From NCBI GenBank assembly GCA_050952625.1, contig JBMNLH010000001.1, positions 96,001-160,000 of the forward strand: a stretch of 64,000 nucleotides of DNA. Direction: 5' to 3'. The notes below the pieces were generated by a model, which was given only the letters and a program-made list of their open reading frames with translations, made no database searches and had not been told where the DNA came from. This document shows, in pieces, positions 38,715-47,879 of the stretch. Source of the stretch: Bacillota bacterium (lineage in GTDB: Bacteria; Bacillota; Ch66; Ch109). Position 1 is the first letter of the stretch, and each line of letters starts with the position of its first letter. Made by a program: the position numbers and the translations under genes.

Positions 38715-39850
38715 AACAGCTTTTTATGCAACCAGTAGATACCTTCTTTTTCCGTAATCAAAAGGATTTTACCCCCGGGGTGAATTCGATGGCTGCTTCA
38801 GTTTTTCCGCCCCGCCCGGGAACGGTCTACGGAGCTTTGCGCAGTGCTTATATCAACCAATACAGCACTTTCGAGCAGTTTCGTACCGGGTGTGAGGGCC
38901 AGGTTAAAGAGTGGATGGGAACCCCGGTCGAACCGGGTCGGTTTCGGCTGCGCGGGTGTTTTCTTCACGATCAACAGCAGCCGATCTTACCGTTGCCTCT
39001 GGATTACCAAGTTGTCGAAACTGAGCATACGGGCGAAGCAGCCGAAATAGCCTATCCGCTGAAACTGACCTTAGACGTTGTTCCCGCTTCTGATGGACGT
39101 CAGTACCGACTCTACGGGGTTCGGGATGAAAAAAGCGGCTCCAGCGCAGGAGCTTATCTCCCGTTGTCAGACTGGAAAAAAGCATTGCTTGAGCCGTCAA
39201 GCGTACATATTTATCGAAGCAGCCACTGGATGATCCAAGAGGACAAGCTCGGAATCGCCCGGGATTGGGCCACCCGAACCGCTAGAGAGGGCATGCTCTA
39301 TCAAATTAAAACAAACCGTTTTATTGAAGCGAAAGAACCGGCCCGAAGCCCGGGCTTGTTAGCGGTCTGTACGGATGCTCCGGATTTTTCCGAGATTTCC
39401 TTGGTCCGGCTGGGGGGACGGAATCGTCCCTGGGCACTTAAATCCATACCGGACGAGTTTGGGATGTTTAAAGCCAAAGAGGAACGGTTAATTGAAGAAC
39501 GGATTGCCAGCAGCCAAATTGCCCGTTTGATACTGTTGACCCCAGCCATTTGGCGGGAAGATTCGTCGTTCTATCAACAGCAAGCTGGAGTTTTTCAACT
39601 GCGGCCGGGCCTCTCCTTCCCTGTTTTGGCCGAAGCAATCGGCCGGCCAGTATTGGTCGGGGGATGGGACATTGTCCGGAATGCGCCGAAACCAAGGATT
39701 CAGGCGGTCCCAGCCGGCACGGTTCTCTATCTGCGAGTATCGAAAGAACAGGCCTCAGCTTTGGTCCAAGGCTTGAAAGAAACGATGGTTAGTGATGAGT
39801 TGGCTTACGAAGGTTATGGCTGGGCAGTTTGCGGACCAGTCAAATTATAA
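38711..39850 (+). CDS. cmr3: Cmr3
   Basis: PVDTFFFR, PPRPGTVYGALR, RLGG, GGWD, AVPAGTV, GYG. Confidence 0.95.
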   Translation: MKQLFMQPVDTFFFRNQKDFTPGVNSMAASVFPPRPGTVYGALRSAYINQYSTFEQFRTGCEGQVKEWMGTPVEPGRFRLRGCFLHDQQQPILPLPLDYQVVETEHTGEAAEIAYPLKLTLDVVPASDGRQYRLYGVRDEKSGSSAGAYLPLSDWKKALLEPSSVHIYRSSHWMIQEDKLGIARDWATRTAREGMLYQIKTNRFIEAKEPARSPGLLAVCTDAPDFSEISLVRLGGRNRPWALKSIPDEFGMFKAKEERLIEERIASSQIARLILLTPAIWREDSSFYQQQAGVFQLRPGLSFPVLAEAIGRPVLVGGWDIVRNAPKPRIQAVPAGTVLYLRVSKEQASALVQGLKETMVSDELAYEGYGWAVCGPVKL

Positions 39851-39862
39851 GGGGGTAGGAAT

Positions 39863-40765
39863 ATGTTTAACCTTAAGAAAATGCTATTTTTGCACGCTAT
39901 TACTTCAGTTCATGCCGGCAGCGGAAGTGAACTGGGTTTAGTGGATTTGCCGATCCAGCGGGAAAAACACACCGGTTATCCGAAAATTGAAAGCTCTTCC
40001 CTGAAAGGGGCGGTCAGAGCCACGGTTAGTGCGGTTGTCAACAGCGATGTTAAATCCCCTGAGGATAAAGAGATGATTGAGGTGGTCTTTGGTAAAGAGG
40101 GCGATGAGAAGAAGAACAATGCGCAGGCCGGAGCAATTTCCCTGTCGGATGCGCGGCTTCTGCTTTTCCCCGTGCGTTCGCTACGCGGCGTGTTTGCCTG
40201 GGTTACTTGTCCGCTGGTGCTTAAACGGTACAATCAAGAACTAAAACTATACTGCCCTGACCAACCGCTGTTGCCGATTCCAGAAACAAAAACCGCGGCC
40301 GGAGAGGCGATTATCGTTAATCCTCGAGAAACTCAGAAACAGGTGGTGCTTGAGGAATACACGTATGAAGTAAAGGTGGATGACGCCTGCCGGAAATTGG
40401 CAGAATACTTACAAGAAAAGGTTTTTCCTGGATTAGATAATGGAATTAGGGAACGGCTGTTAGTCCTGCCAGATGATGATTTTACGGATTTTGTGACCTT
40501 ATCGACCGAGGTTAATGCCCGCATTCGGATAGACCCCGAGACCGGTACCGTTAAAGATGGGGCCCTCTGGTATGAGGAGAATGTTCCCCCAGAGAGCGTT
40601 TTTTACAGCTTCTGTTTTATTGGCCAGGGCCGCTTAACCGGCCAGGAGAAAAAAGCAGAAGAAATCTGGCAGTACCTCAAGCGGGATGATATATTTCCAG
40701 AGGTCTTCCAACTGGGAGGCAACAGCACCCTGGGCAAAGGCATTTTGCGTCGAATCTGGCGTTAA
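39863..40765 (+). CDS. cmr4: Cmr4
   Basis: VHAGSG, VDLPIQRE (catalytic Asp), LLFPVRS, LWYEE, QLGGNSTLGKG. Confidence 0.96.
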   Translation: MFNLKKMLFLHAITSVHAGSGSELGLVDLPIQREKHTGYPKIESSSLKGAVRATVSAVVNSDVKSPEDKEMIEVVFGKEGDEKKNNAQAGAISLSDARLLLFPVRSLRGVFAWVTCPLVLKRYNQELKLYCPDQPLLPIPETKTAAGEAIIVNPRETQKQVVLEEYTYEVKVDDACRKLAEYLQEKVFPGLDNGIRERLLVLPDDDFTDFVTLSTEVNARIRIDPETGTVKDGALWYEENVPPESVFYSFCFIGQGRLTGQEKKAEEIWQYLKRDDIFPEVFQLGGNSTLGKGILRRIWR

Positions 40766-40789
40766 TTTACGGAATTAGGGGGGCGGACA

Positions 40790-41251
40790 ATGAGCAAGGA
40801 AAAAGCAAAGGCAAAAGCAAAAGAAAAAGCTGCCGCTACGCGGGTGGGCATTGAAAACGGCCGGGCTGCTTATGCCTTTCAAAAGATTAACGATTACGTG
40901 CAGGATAATATTAATAATGAAAAGGGGCTGAAGGAGTACCGTTCCTATCTGAAAAAACTTCCGGCCATGATCCAGGTAAATGGGTTAGGCCAAACCCTGG
41001 CCTTCTGTTTTGCCAAAGGAGGACAATATCAAGTTATTTACGGTCAGCTTGAGGAGTGGATTCGGCAGCAGCAATCGACCTTGATCAAGCAGTATGATAA
41101 TAAACCAGCCAAGAAGTTTGTGGAACTAGTCGTGATGATGGATAGCCGCGATTACCGAATCATAACCAATGAGGTTATTGCGGTGCTTGATTGGATGCGG
41201 CGTTTCGCTGACGGGCTGATTCGCCCGCTGGTTAACGAGCAGGAGGGTTAA
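40790..41251 (+). CDS. cmr5: Cmr5
   Basis: RAAYA, LPAMIQVNGLGQTLAF, WMRRFA. Confidence 0.95.
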   Translation: MSKEKAKAKAKEKAAATRVGIENGRAAYAFQKINDYVQDNINNEKGLKEYRSYLKKLPAMIQVNGLGQTLAFCFAKGGQYQVIYGQLEEWIRQQQSTLIKQYDNKPAKKFVELVVMMDSRDYRIITNEVIAVLDWMRRFADGLIRPLVNEQEG

Positions 41252-41266
41252 GGGGGTGGAGGATTC

Positions 41267-42493
41267 GTGTACTATCATCCCAAAGATACGCAAGACATCT
41301 TTGAAAAGAAAATTAGTAATTTGAACGAGAGCGTAGATAATTTATGGTACCGAGTGCATTATTTTCAACAGAACTCGTTGCATGATAAAAGTCAAAATAG
41401 ATTGGTTAAACTGCCGAAGAATTTGCGTTTAAATCGGCCCACCCAGTCGTTTCTTAACCAGCGATTGCAGCAACGGGCCCAGTTGTTAAGCCATCTGCAG
41501 GCCAGTTGTGAGTTGGCCGGGCTGAAGGGATTTTTACAAGGAAGACTAATCCACGGACTGGGCGGGGCGCATGTCCGGGAAACCTCGCTGACGCTGCATC
41601 CCCTCTACGGTCTGCCTTATATCCCGGGTTCGAGTCTGAAGGGAGCGGTCCGCAACTGGGTTTTACAGGCTTTTTTTCAGGGTGACGAAGATTCCTTGAA
41701 GAAGGAAACTCATTTAGATCAAACGAAGGCTGAAATACGGACAATCTTTTTTGACTTGTTTGGAAGCGAGGAACAAGCCGGATTGGTTGAGTTTTTTGAT
41801 GCCTTTGTTGAGTCTGATTTTTCTCTGCAACCGGATATTTTGACTGTTCATTTTCCTAAGTATTACAGTGGCGAGAAATCGCCGACCGATGATCAGAATC
41901 CCAATCCGGTCGATTTCTATACCATAAATTGTTCTTATCTACAGTTTTTCTTGGCGGTTAAGAAGGGGCGATCAACCCGGTCCAGCTTAAATAGTGCTCA
42001 ATTGATGGAATTAGCCGTAGCTTGGACGCAAAAAGCTTTGAGCGAGTTGGGGATTGGCTCCAAGACTTCAGCGGGCTATGGCTATTTTTCCAAGTTTGAG
42101 CAAATTAAGGTTAATAACCTTCGCTCAATTACTGCTGTCAATCAGTCTAGTCGAAAAAACACTGACAACAAGTCAGCGGATAGTTCAGTAAAAGGCCCGG
42201 CCCCGGCCAAGGACAAAAATAGTCCGGTTGGTCAAGTGGAAAGTCAACCAATGGATCTAGGACCCGGGCTAATATTGGTCCGGCTAATTAACCAGTTGGC
42301 TGAGAAAAGTGAGCAGGACCGCAACCGCAGCAAGGGAGAAGTCTACCAACAGGTACTGGCTTTGGCTGAGCAAGGGGAACTGGAACCAGCCCGATCGCTT
42401 AAAGCGTATTGGGAAAGGTCCGGTGATTGGAAAAAACCGAATAAAAAGCAGCAGCAGAAGATAGATGCGATAAGAAAGATATTAGGAGAATAA
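41267..42493 (+). CDS. cmr6: Cmr6 with C-terminal extension
   Basis: RLIHGLG, YGLPYIPGSSLKG, DILTVHF..YY, GIGSKTSAGYG. Confidence 0.95.
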   Translation: MYYHPKDTQDIFEKKISNLNESVDNLWYRVHYFQQNSLHDKSQNRLVKLPKNLRLNRPTQSFLNQRLQQRAQLLSHLQASCELAGLKGFLQGRLIHGLGGAHVRETSLTLHPLYGLPYIPGSSLKGAVRNWVLQAFFQGDEDSLKKETHLDQTKAEIRTIFFDLFGSEEQAGLVEFFDAFVESDFSLQPDILTVHFPKYYSGEKSPTDDQNPNPVDFYTINCSYLQFFLAVKKGRSTRSSLNSAQLMELAVAWTQKALSELGIGSKTSAGYGYFSKFEQIKVNNLRSITAVNQSSRKNTDNKSADSSVKGPAPAKDKNSPVGQVESQPMDLGPGLILVRLINQLAEKSEQDRNRSKGEVYQQVLALAEQGELEPARSLKAYWERSGDWKKPNKKQQQKIDAIRKILGE

Positions 42494-43464
42494 TGATAAC
42501 AACAAAGCCTTATTCTATTACCTATTCCCGTTTTCGCTTCACCCTTCGGGCAGAAGAAGATGCTCGCTTACCGGCTTATTTGGGCTCAACCTTGAGGGGA
42601 GCTATGGGCCGGGCTTTCAGGCGAGGGAGTTGTCTAAGTTTGCGCAGCCACTGTTCAGACTGTATGTTCTCCTCACGCTGCGCCTACGCCTATATTTTTG
42701 AAACCTCACAGGCTTCAACGATAAACAAAGGAGCCGGGGTTGAGCATTTTTATATTCCTCACCCCTTTGTTATCGAGCCGCCCCTGGACGGAAAGACCAT
42801 TTTCAAAGCAGGAGAGGAACTGACATTCGATCTGCTGCTGATCGGCAGCGGATTACACTTTTTCCCTTTTTTCATTGCCGCCTTTGCCCAGGCAGCGGCG
42901 GAGGGTCTGGGGGCAGGACGTCATCGTTTCCGCTTGGAAAACGTGGCCCAATGGTTGGATGATGAGTTGGTTTTACTTTGGAATGGGGGTAATAGGCTGC
43001 TTGGAAATCCAGTCGCTCAGGTCTTAACCAATGATCTTGAGGCTGGAATTGACTGTAGGGAAATTACCCTGCACCTGCAAACCCCGCTGCGGATAAAAGA
43101 ACGCGGTCACCTGGTGAATGAAATAAGCTTTCCTTTGTTAATCCGCAGTATTTTTCGCCGCCTGGATTTATTGGGTCGCGTTCATGGCGATGGTCCGCTA
43201 ATTCTGCCGTATACCGATTATCTTCAACAGGCGGCGGCAGTTAGTGCGGTGCCAGAAGCTAATTCATTATACTGGACAGAATGGCGGCGTTATTCCAATC
43301 GCCAAAAGGTTCACATGAATATGGGAGGATACTGTGGCAGTATCCGGTATCAGGGTGATCTCGGCCCTTTTCTTCCTTACCTTAAAATGGCAGCCGTCCT
43401 GCACCTGGGCAAAGGAACAGTGTATGGCCTGGGCAAAATCGCCATTGAGGTTACCGAGAGGTGA
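42493..43464 (+). CDS. cas6: Second Cas6 (intact)
   Basis: GSTLRGAMG, C..C....C, PHPFV, RYSNRQ, HLGKGTVYGLG. Confidence 0.92.
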   Translation: MITTKPYSITYSRFRFTLRAEEDARLPAYLGSTLRGAMGRAFRRGSCLSLRSHCSDCMFSSRCAYAYIFETSQASTINKGAGVEHFYIPHPFVIEPPLDGKTIFKAGEELTFDLLLIGSGLHFFPFFIAAFAQAAAEGLGAGRHRFRLENVAQWLDDELVLLWNGGNRLLGNPVAQVLTNDLEAGIDCREITLHLQTPLRIKERGHLVNEISFPLLIRSIFRRLDLLGRVHGDGPLILPYTDYLQQAAAVSAVPEANSLYWTEWRRYSNRQKVHMNMGGYCGSIRYQGDLGPFLPYLKMAAVLHLGKGTVYGLGKIAIEVTER

Positions 43465-43645
43465 TTTCAGCCAGATGAGGATAGTCTGCGAATGTATATT
43501 CTGTGTAAGTCGTGCCGAAAAGATATTACCACAGCCGGCAAAGAGAAACTTTATGAACTGGATGAACGATACTATATTGTGTGAAATTGTTAATTCATAA
43601 CCTCTGGTTTGATCCAAAACAGATGGTGGTTATAAAAAGTGAGAA

Positions 43646-43981
43646 ATGGCTAATTTGAGGGGGATGTCTTGTCACGCGTCCATCACTTCTGTCCACGGCG
43701 GCCAACCGGGCAAAAATTTTGGGGTTCGGATTAAAGTGCTTATCCCAGAAGGATTAGTCAAGGAACCAAGTCGGTCCCCAACCCACCACCTTGGAAATTG
43801 TGCTGATGAATCAATTACCCCTTCCCATACCACTTTCCTAAATAAAAGCGATGGCAGCCAGAAAAACAGTTTTCCAGCGGCCAATAATATAAGGGGTTAT
43901 GGGCAAGAACATTTGGATGATCTTGACTATGATGATAACGATGATGACGTGTTATTTTCTGATTACATTAAGAATATCTAG
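43646..43981 (+). CDS. Hypothetical protein with acidic C-terminus (doubtful)
   Basis: ORF is co-oriented between cas6 and the membrane genes; no clear RBS or motif. Confidence 0.35.
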   Translation: MANLRGMSCHASITSVHGGQPGKNFGVRIKVLIPEGLVKEPSRSPTHHLGNCADESITPSHTTFLNKSDGSQKNSFPAANNIRGYGQEHLDDLDYDDNDDDVLFSDYIKNI

Positions 43982-44068
43982 CAAGGACCCAAGCAGGCCC
44001 TAAATGCTATAAAAACTAATTAAAAGCCAATTAAAATAGATTATCTTTGAATTAAGGAGATCGTTTAT

Positions 44069-44758
44069 ATGGTAGATCAAAACCTTTCACGGGTAGTTCA
44101 ACAGCATTATCTTGCCCAGCGGTTGGCTCGACAAAGTACCGAGAAGATAGCACGTGTGCTTGATGATTTAATGGATAATTCCACCAGCGGTCAAAGTATG
44201 CTTAGCTGGGATTTTTTAGCAAAAGCCAAACAGCAGGTAGAGGACTGTTTACATAACGGCCAACAGGCAGTAAAAATAGCAGTGCTGGTTCCAGTGGGTT
44301 TGTTTGGATTAACCCAGGGGTTTGATATGCCAGACCTGGACATATCTTTGCTCGGGATCGGAAACCACCGATTTTTTCTTTGTCATAGTGCTATCGGCTT
44401 GGCGGTTTTACGCTACTTCTATCGACGGTGGGTTGAATCGGAGGATGGGCGATTTTCTTCTCGCCTGGGACACAAGGTGGCCGGGGTAGCACTTGGCAGT
44501 TGTGCCTTGGGTGTAGGTTTGCATTTAGCGATTGATGTTTTTCAGCCGAAATCAGTCGTCTTCCCGTTTTTTGGCTCTTTAATCAATGGAACGTTAGTTG
44601 ACGATAATATTTGGCTGTTAGGCAATTCTTTGTGGGCCTTTAAAATAAGTCATGATGTTTTTGCCTTGTCCCTGGCGGATGAGTTAACTCAGGCCAGGGA
44701 ATGGGTGCAGAATCATTTTGAAGGGTGGAATGTCCGTGCAGTTTTTAATCGGGATTGA
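44069..44758 (+). CDS. Membrane-embedded putative metal-dependent hydrolase (YdjM/DUF457-like)
   Basis: PDLD...HRFFLCHS...HLAID motif series within hydrophobic helices; RBS AAGGAG. Confidence 0.65.
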   Translation: MVDQNLSRVVQQHYLAQRLARQSTEKIARVLDDLMDNSTSGQSMLSWDFLAKAKQQVEDCLHNGQQAVKIAVLVPVGLFGLTQGFDMPDLDISLLGIGNHRFFLCHSAIGLAVLRYFYRRWVESEDGRFSSRLGHKVAGVALGSCALGVGLHLAIDVFQPKSVVFPFFGSLINGTLVDDNIWLLGNSLWAFKISHDVFALSLADELTQAREWVQNHFEGWNVRAVFNRD

Positions 44759-45689
44759 CCTGATGTCCCGCGAAGAAAAGATTGCCCTACTGGCCCAGTT
44801 AAAAGCAATTACTGGGTTTAATCTAATCAAGCAAGGGTCCAGCGAGTTCGTGTTGAAAGCAAAAAACGGACTGTTTTGGGCCGGAAAAAAATTGGCCGAT
44901 CTGACCGGTCAAGTTGAAGCGGTTGAAAAACTGGAAAAATGGAATAGCCAAAGCAATTGGAACCCAAATTTGCTCCAGAAGGAGATGGCCTGTCAGCAGA
45001 AAGAACTGGAATTATTAAGTGATCGGGGAGTCGAGGTCCGCCTCCGGCAAGAATTAGCCCGGTTGGCCGGAGTTGCTCCGGAGGCTGATCTAGAAACGAT
45101 TGCCCAACATTTGGTGAAGCGTCTGGCTGAGCTGTATCAGTTGGACGAATGGCACTTTCAAAATGATACGGCCCTGGAGGAAAAAGTCTATTCTGCCTGC
45201 CTGGAAGAACAAATAAATATTTTGAAACAGAAACTCAATTCGCTGGATCGGGAAGAAGAAATTCAGATGCAAGAAGCCCTTGAACAACAAATCAACCAAT
45301 TGAGCCGGGCGGAACAGGAGGCGATAAAGCAGGCCATGGGATTGGATGAGCTTTCCGCGGCGTCAATGATGACTCTGTTGAAAACCACTTCGGGAGTGGC
45401 CTTAGCTCAAGTCATTTTATCCGGGACCGGGTTTGGCGTCTATCTTTTTCTAACGACCATGATCAAAGCCCTATCGTTAATGTTGGGAGTTACTTTTTCT
45501 TTTGGCACTTATACGGCAGCCACGACCGCGATGGCCTTTTTATTGTCTTTTCCTTTTCTTCTCCTGGTGGTTGCCTTATCCGGCGGCTTTATCTGGCATA
45601 AAACGTCAGTTAAAATAGATGAGCAATTGACGAAAATCGTCTTTCTGGCGGGTCGGGCAAAAGTGGCTTATATTGAGACGGCAGGTTAA
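44730..45689 (+). CDS. Coiled-coil protein with C-terminal TM helices (YaaW/UPF0174-like architecture)
   Basis: Charged helical N-terminus and 2-3 hydrophobic segments (GFGVYLFLTT..., AFLLSFPFLLLVVAL); overlaps the previous gene. Confidence 0.7.
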   Translation: MSVQFLIGIDLMSREEKIALLAQLKAITGFNLIKQGSSEFVLKAKNGLFWAGKKLADLTGQVEAVEKLEKWNSQSNWNPNLLQKEMACQQKELELLSDRGVEVRLRQELARLAGVAPEADLETIAQHLVKRLAELYQLDEWHFQNDTALEEKVYSACLEEQINILKQKLNSLDREEEIQMQEALEQQINQLSRAEQEAIKQAMGLDELSAASMMTLLKTTSGVALAQVILSGTGFGVYLFLTTMIKALSLMLGVTFSFGTYTAATTAMAFLLSFPFLLLVVALSGGFIWHKTSVKIDEQLTKIVFLAGRAKVAYIETAG

Positions 45690-45880
45690 TCATATCTGGC
45701 GAATTAATATGTTTGAAGGTATTTAGGGATTAGGCTATAATTTTATTGTAAATTATTTAATGCTCTAAAATTGAGACTGCAAGTATATCAAGAACATTTA
45801 TATTATAGGATATTATACATATTATATATAGAGTAATAGTTGAGGTGTTTTGTATAAGTGTGACTTGCATTTAAATCTAC

Positions 45881-46090
45881 CGCTAACCTGTTTGGACTGT
45901 CAAAAACGCGGGAGGTTAGCGATATTGAGAAATAATGAGTATTTGGAAGAAAAAAGGGGGTATAAGCAGTTATTTTTGTTTTGAATAAAATGGTAATAGG
46001 TGTTTTTAAGTTTGATTTATGATGGTTTTTTGGAGGTTAGCGGAACGCTACCTCGCAGCCCAGAATTATCAAGGCCTCTGGACAGCCGCT
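45881..46090 (+). promoter_or_regulatory. CRISPR leader 2
   Basis: Same three motifs at -210, -178 and -56 as in leader 1. Confidence 0.85.
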
Positions 46091-47501
46091 GTGAGAATCA
46101 TTGACCCGATTAGAGGGGATTGCGACCTGATGTACCAATCGACAGTCGTTCATGCGCATGTGAGAATCATTGACCCGATTAGAGGGGATTGCGACCTTAA
46201 TACACAGGTGATTCAGTCCGCAATGTCATGTGAGAATCATTGACCCGATTAGAGGGGATTGCGACCATTTATGAGCGCCTTCAGGATCACTAATCTTCCT
46301 CAATGTGTGAGAATCATTGACCCGATTAGAGGGGATTGCGACCTTTAATAATCCTTATTTACTCACTATTTACTGTTTCAGTGAGAATCATTGACCCGAT
46401 TAGAGGGGATTGCGACTTTCCTGACAGCAAGTACTCCCAATACATTATCAGTCGTGAGAATCATTGACCCGATTAGAGGGGATTGCGACTAATCCGCCTG
46501 TAAGGCCCTAAGTTATTCCCACGTGAGAATCATTGACCCGATTAGAGGGGATTGCGACTCTTCGATTCTTGTCCCTGCTTAATCCTTGTTGTACAGTGAG
46601 AATCATTGACCCGATTAGAGGGGATTGCGACATCTTATCCACCGCTTCGCATCGAGCATTCTACTGCGTGAGAATCATTGACCCGATTAGAGGGGATTGC
46701 GACACATTCTGTCACTGAGCAACCGAGTCCATTAATTACGTGAGAATCATTGACCCGATTAGAGGGGATTGCGACCTTTACTTTGATCTGACTCGCTCCG
46801 GCACTATCTTCGTGAGAATCATTGACCCGATTAGAGGGGATTGCGACCTGTCATCCAGCTCCGGCAATCGTACACTGAGTGAGAATCATTGACCCGATTA
46901 GAGGGGATTGCGACAAAACACGTCTTCCTCGTGATCTCAATCAGTGAGAATCATTGACCCGATTAGAGGGGATTGCGACTTAAGACATCTGTCTATAGAT
47001 ATACATTGCCTTATGTGAGAATCATTGACCCGATTAGAGGGGATTGCGACTTTCAGCTTTTGTTCAAGGTTTTGGATTGTATCTTTTAAGTGAGAATCAT
47101 TGACCCGATTAGAGGGGATTGCGACCTTGGATAATAAAGGAGCCGTAATCCGTAACTACTGTAAGTGAGAATCATTGACCCGATTAGAGGGGATTGCGAC
47201 TTCCAGGCCCCGAGAGGGGCTATTTTTTGCGCGCTTTGTGAGAATCATTGACCCGATTAGAGGGGATTGCGACTTCAGTAGTTTGTTTCCACGCTCCCTC
47301 ATACCATTTTTGTAAGAATTATTGACCCGATCAGAGGGGATTGCGACGTCATTTGTTCGGTCTACCCCTTTCTATTTCATCCTCTAAGTGAGAATGATTG
47401 ACCCGACCAGAGGGGATTGCGACTATCCTGTGCCGCCGATGATAGCAGCTTCTACAGGCTTCTCCGTGAGAATTATTGACCCGACCAGAGGGGATTGCGA
47501 C
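46091..47501 (+). CRISPR. CRISPR array 2: 20 repeats, 19 spacers of 29-42 bp
   Basis: Repeats 1-17 are GTGAGAATCATTGACCCGATTAGAGGGGATTGCGAC; the last three are divergent variants. Confidence 0.98.
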
Positions 47502-47879
47502 TAGGGAAGCTGAAAAGAAGGGGACAGGATGATGGCCAAAACGGAATGCTTCGGGAATCATTTGACGCTACAGCTGCCGCTTATGTCCAAGCTTTACCAA
47601 TAGAGTTTGGTATTGAAGCGACATATCTGGTCATATCTTCCTGATCATGTTACAATATTCATATGTTACAATATTTTTATAGTCGAATTGTAATATTTTT
47701 AAATGTTGTAAGATGCAGTGTATTATTTAGCGTATTACCCGGGTTAATTTCTAATCGAATTTCCAATCGGTCGGGAATCAAGCGGAGCCCCAACAAGGTC
47801 CGCTTTTTTAGCCGAGCCACATCATAGTTAAAGGGGGGAAGAATAAATAGGAGTAAATAACCGGCTGCAGAAAGGGAGG

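Noticed and set aside
43582-43593. TGA as selenocysteine in the mini-ORF
   Set aside because: An in-frame TAA follows three codons later and no SECIS-like hairpin is evident.
47502-47570. 21st repeat or regulatory mini-spacer after array 2
   Set aside because: Only GAATCATT matches, at an atypical ~49-bp distance; too weak to count.
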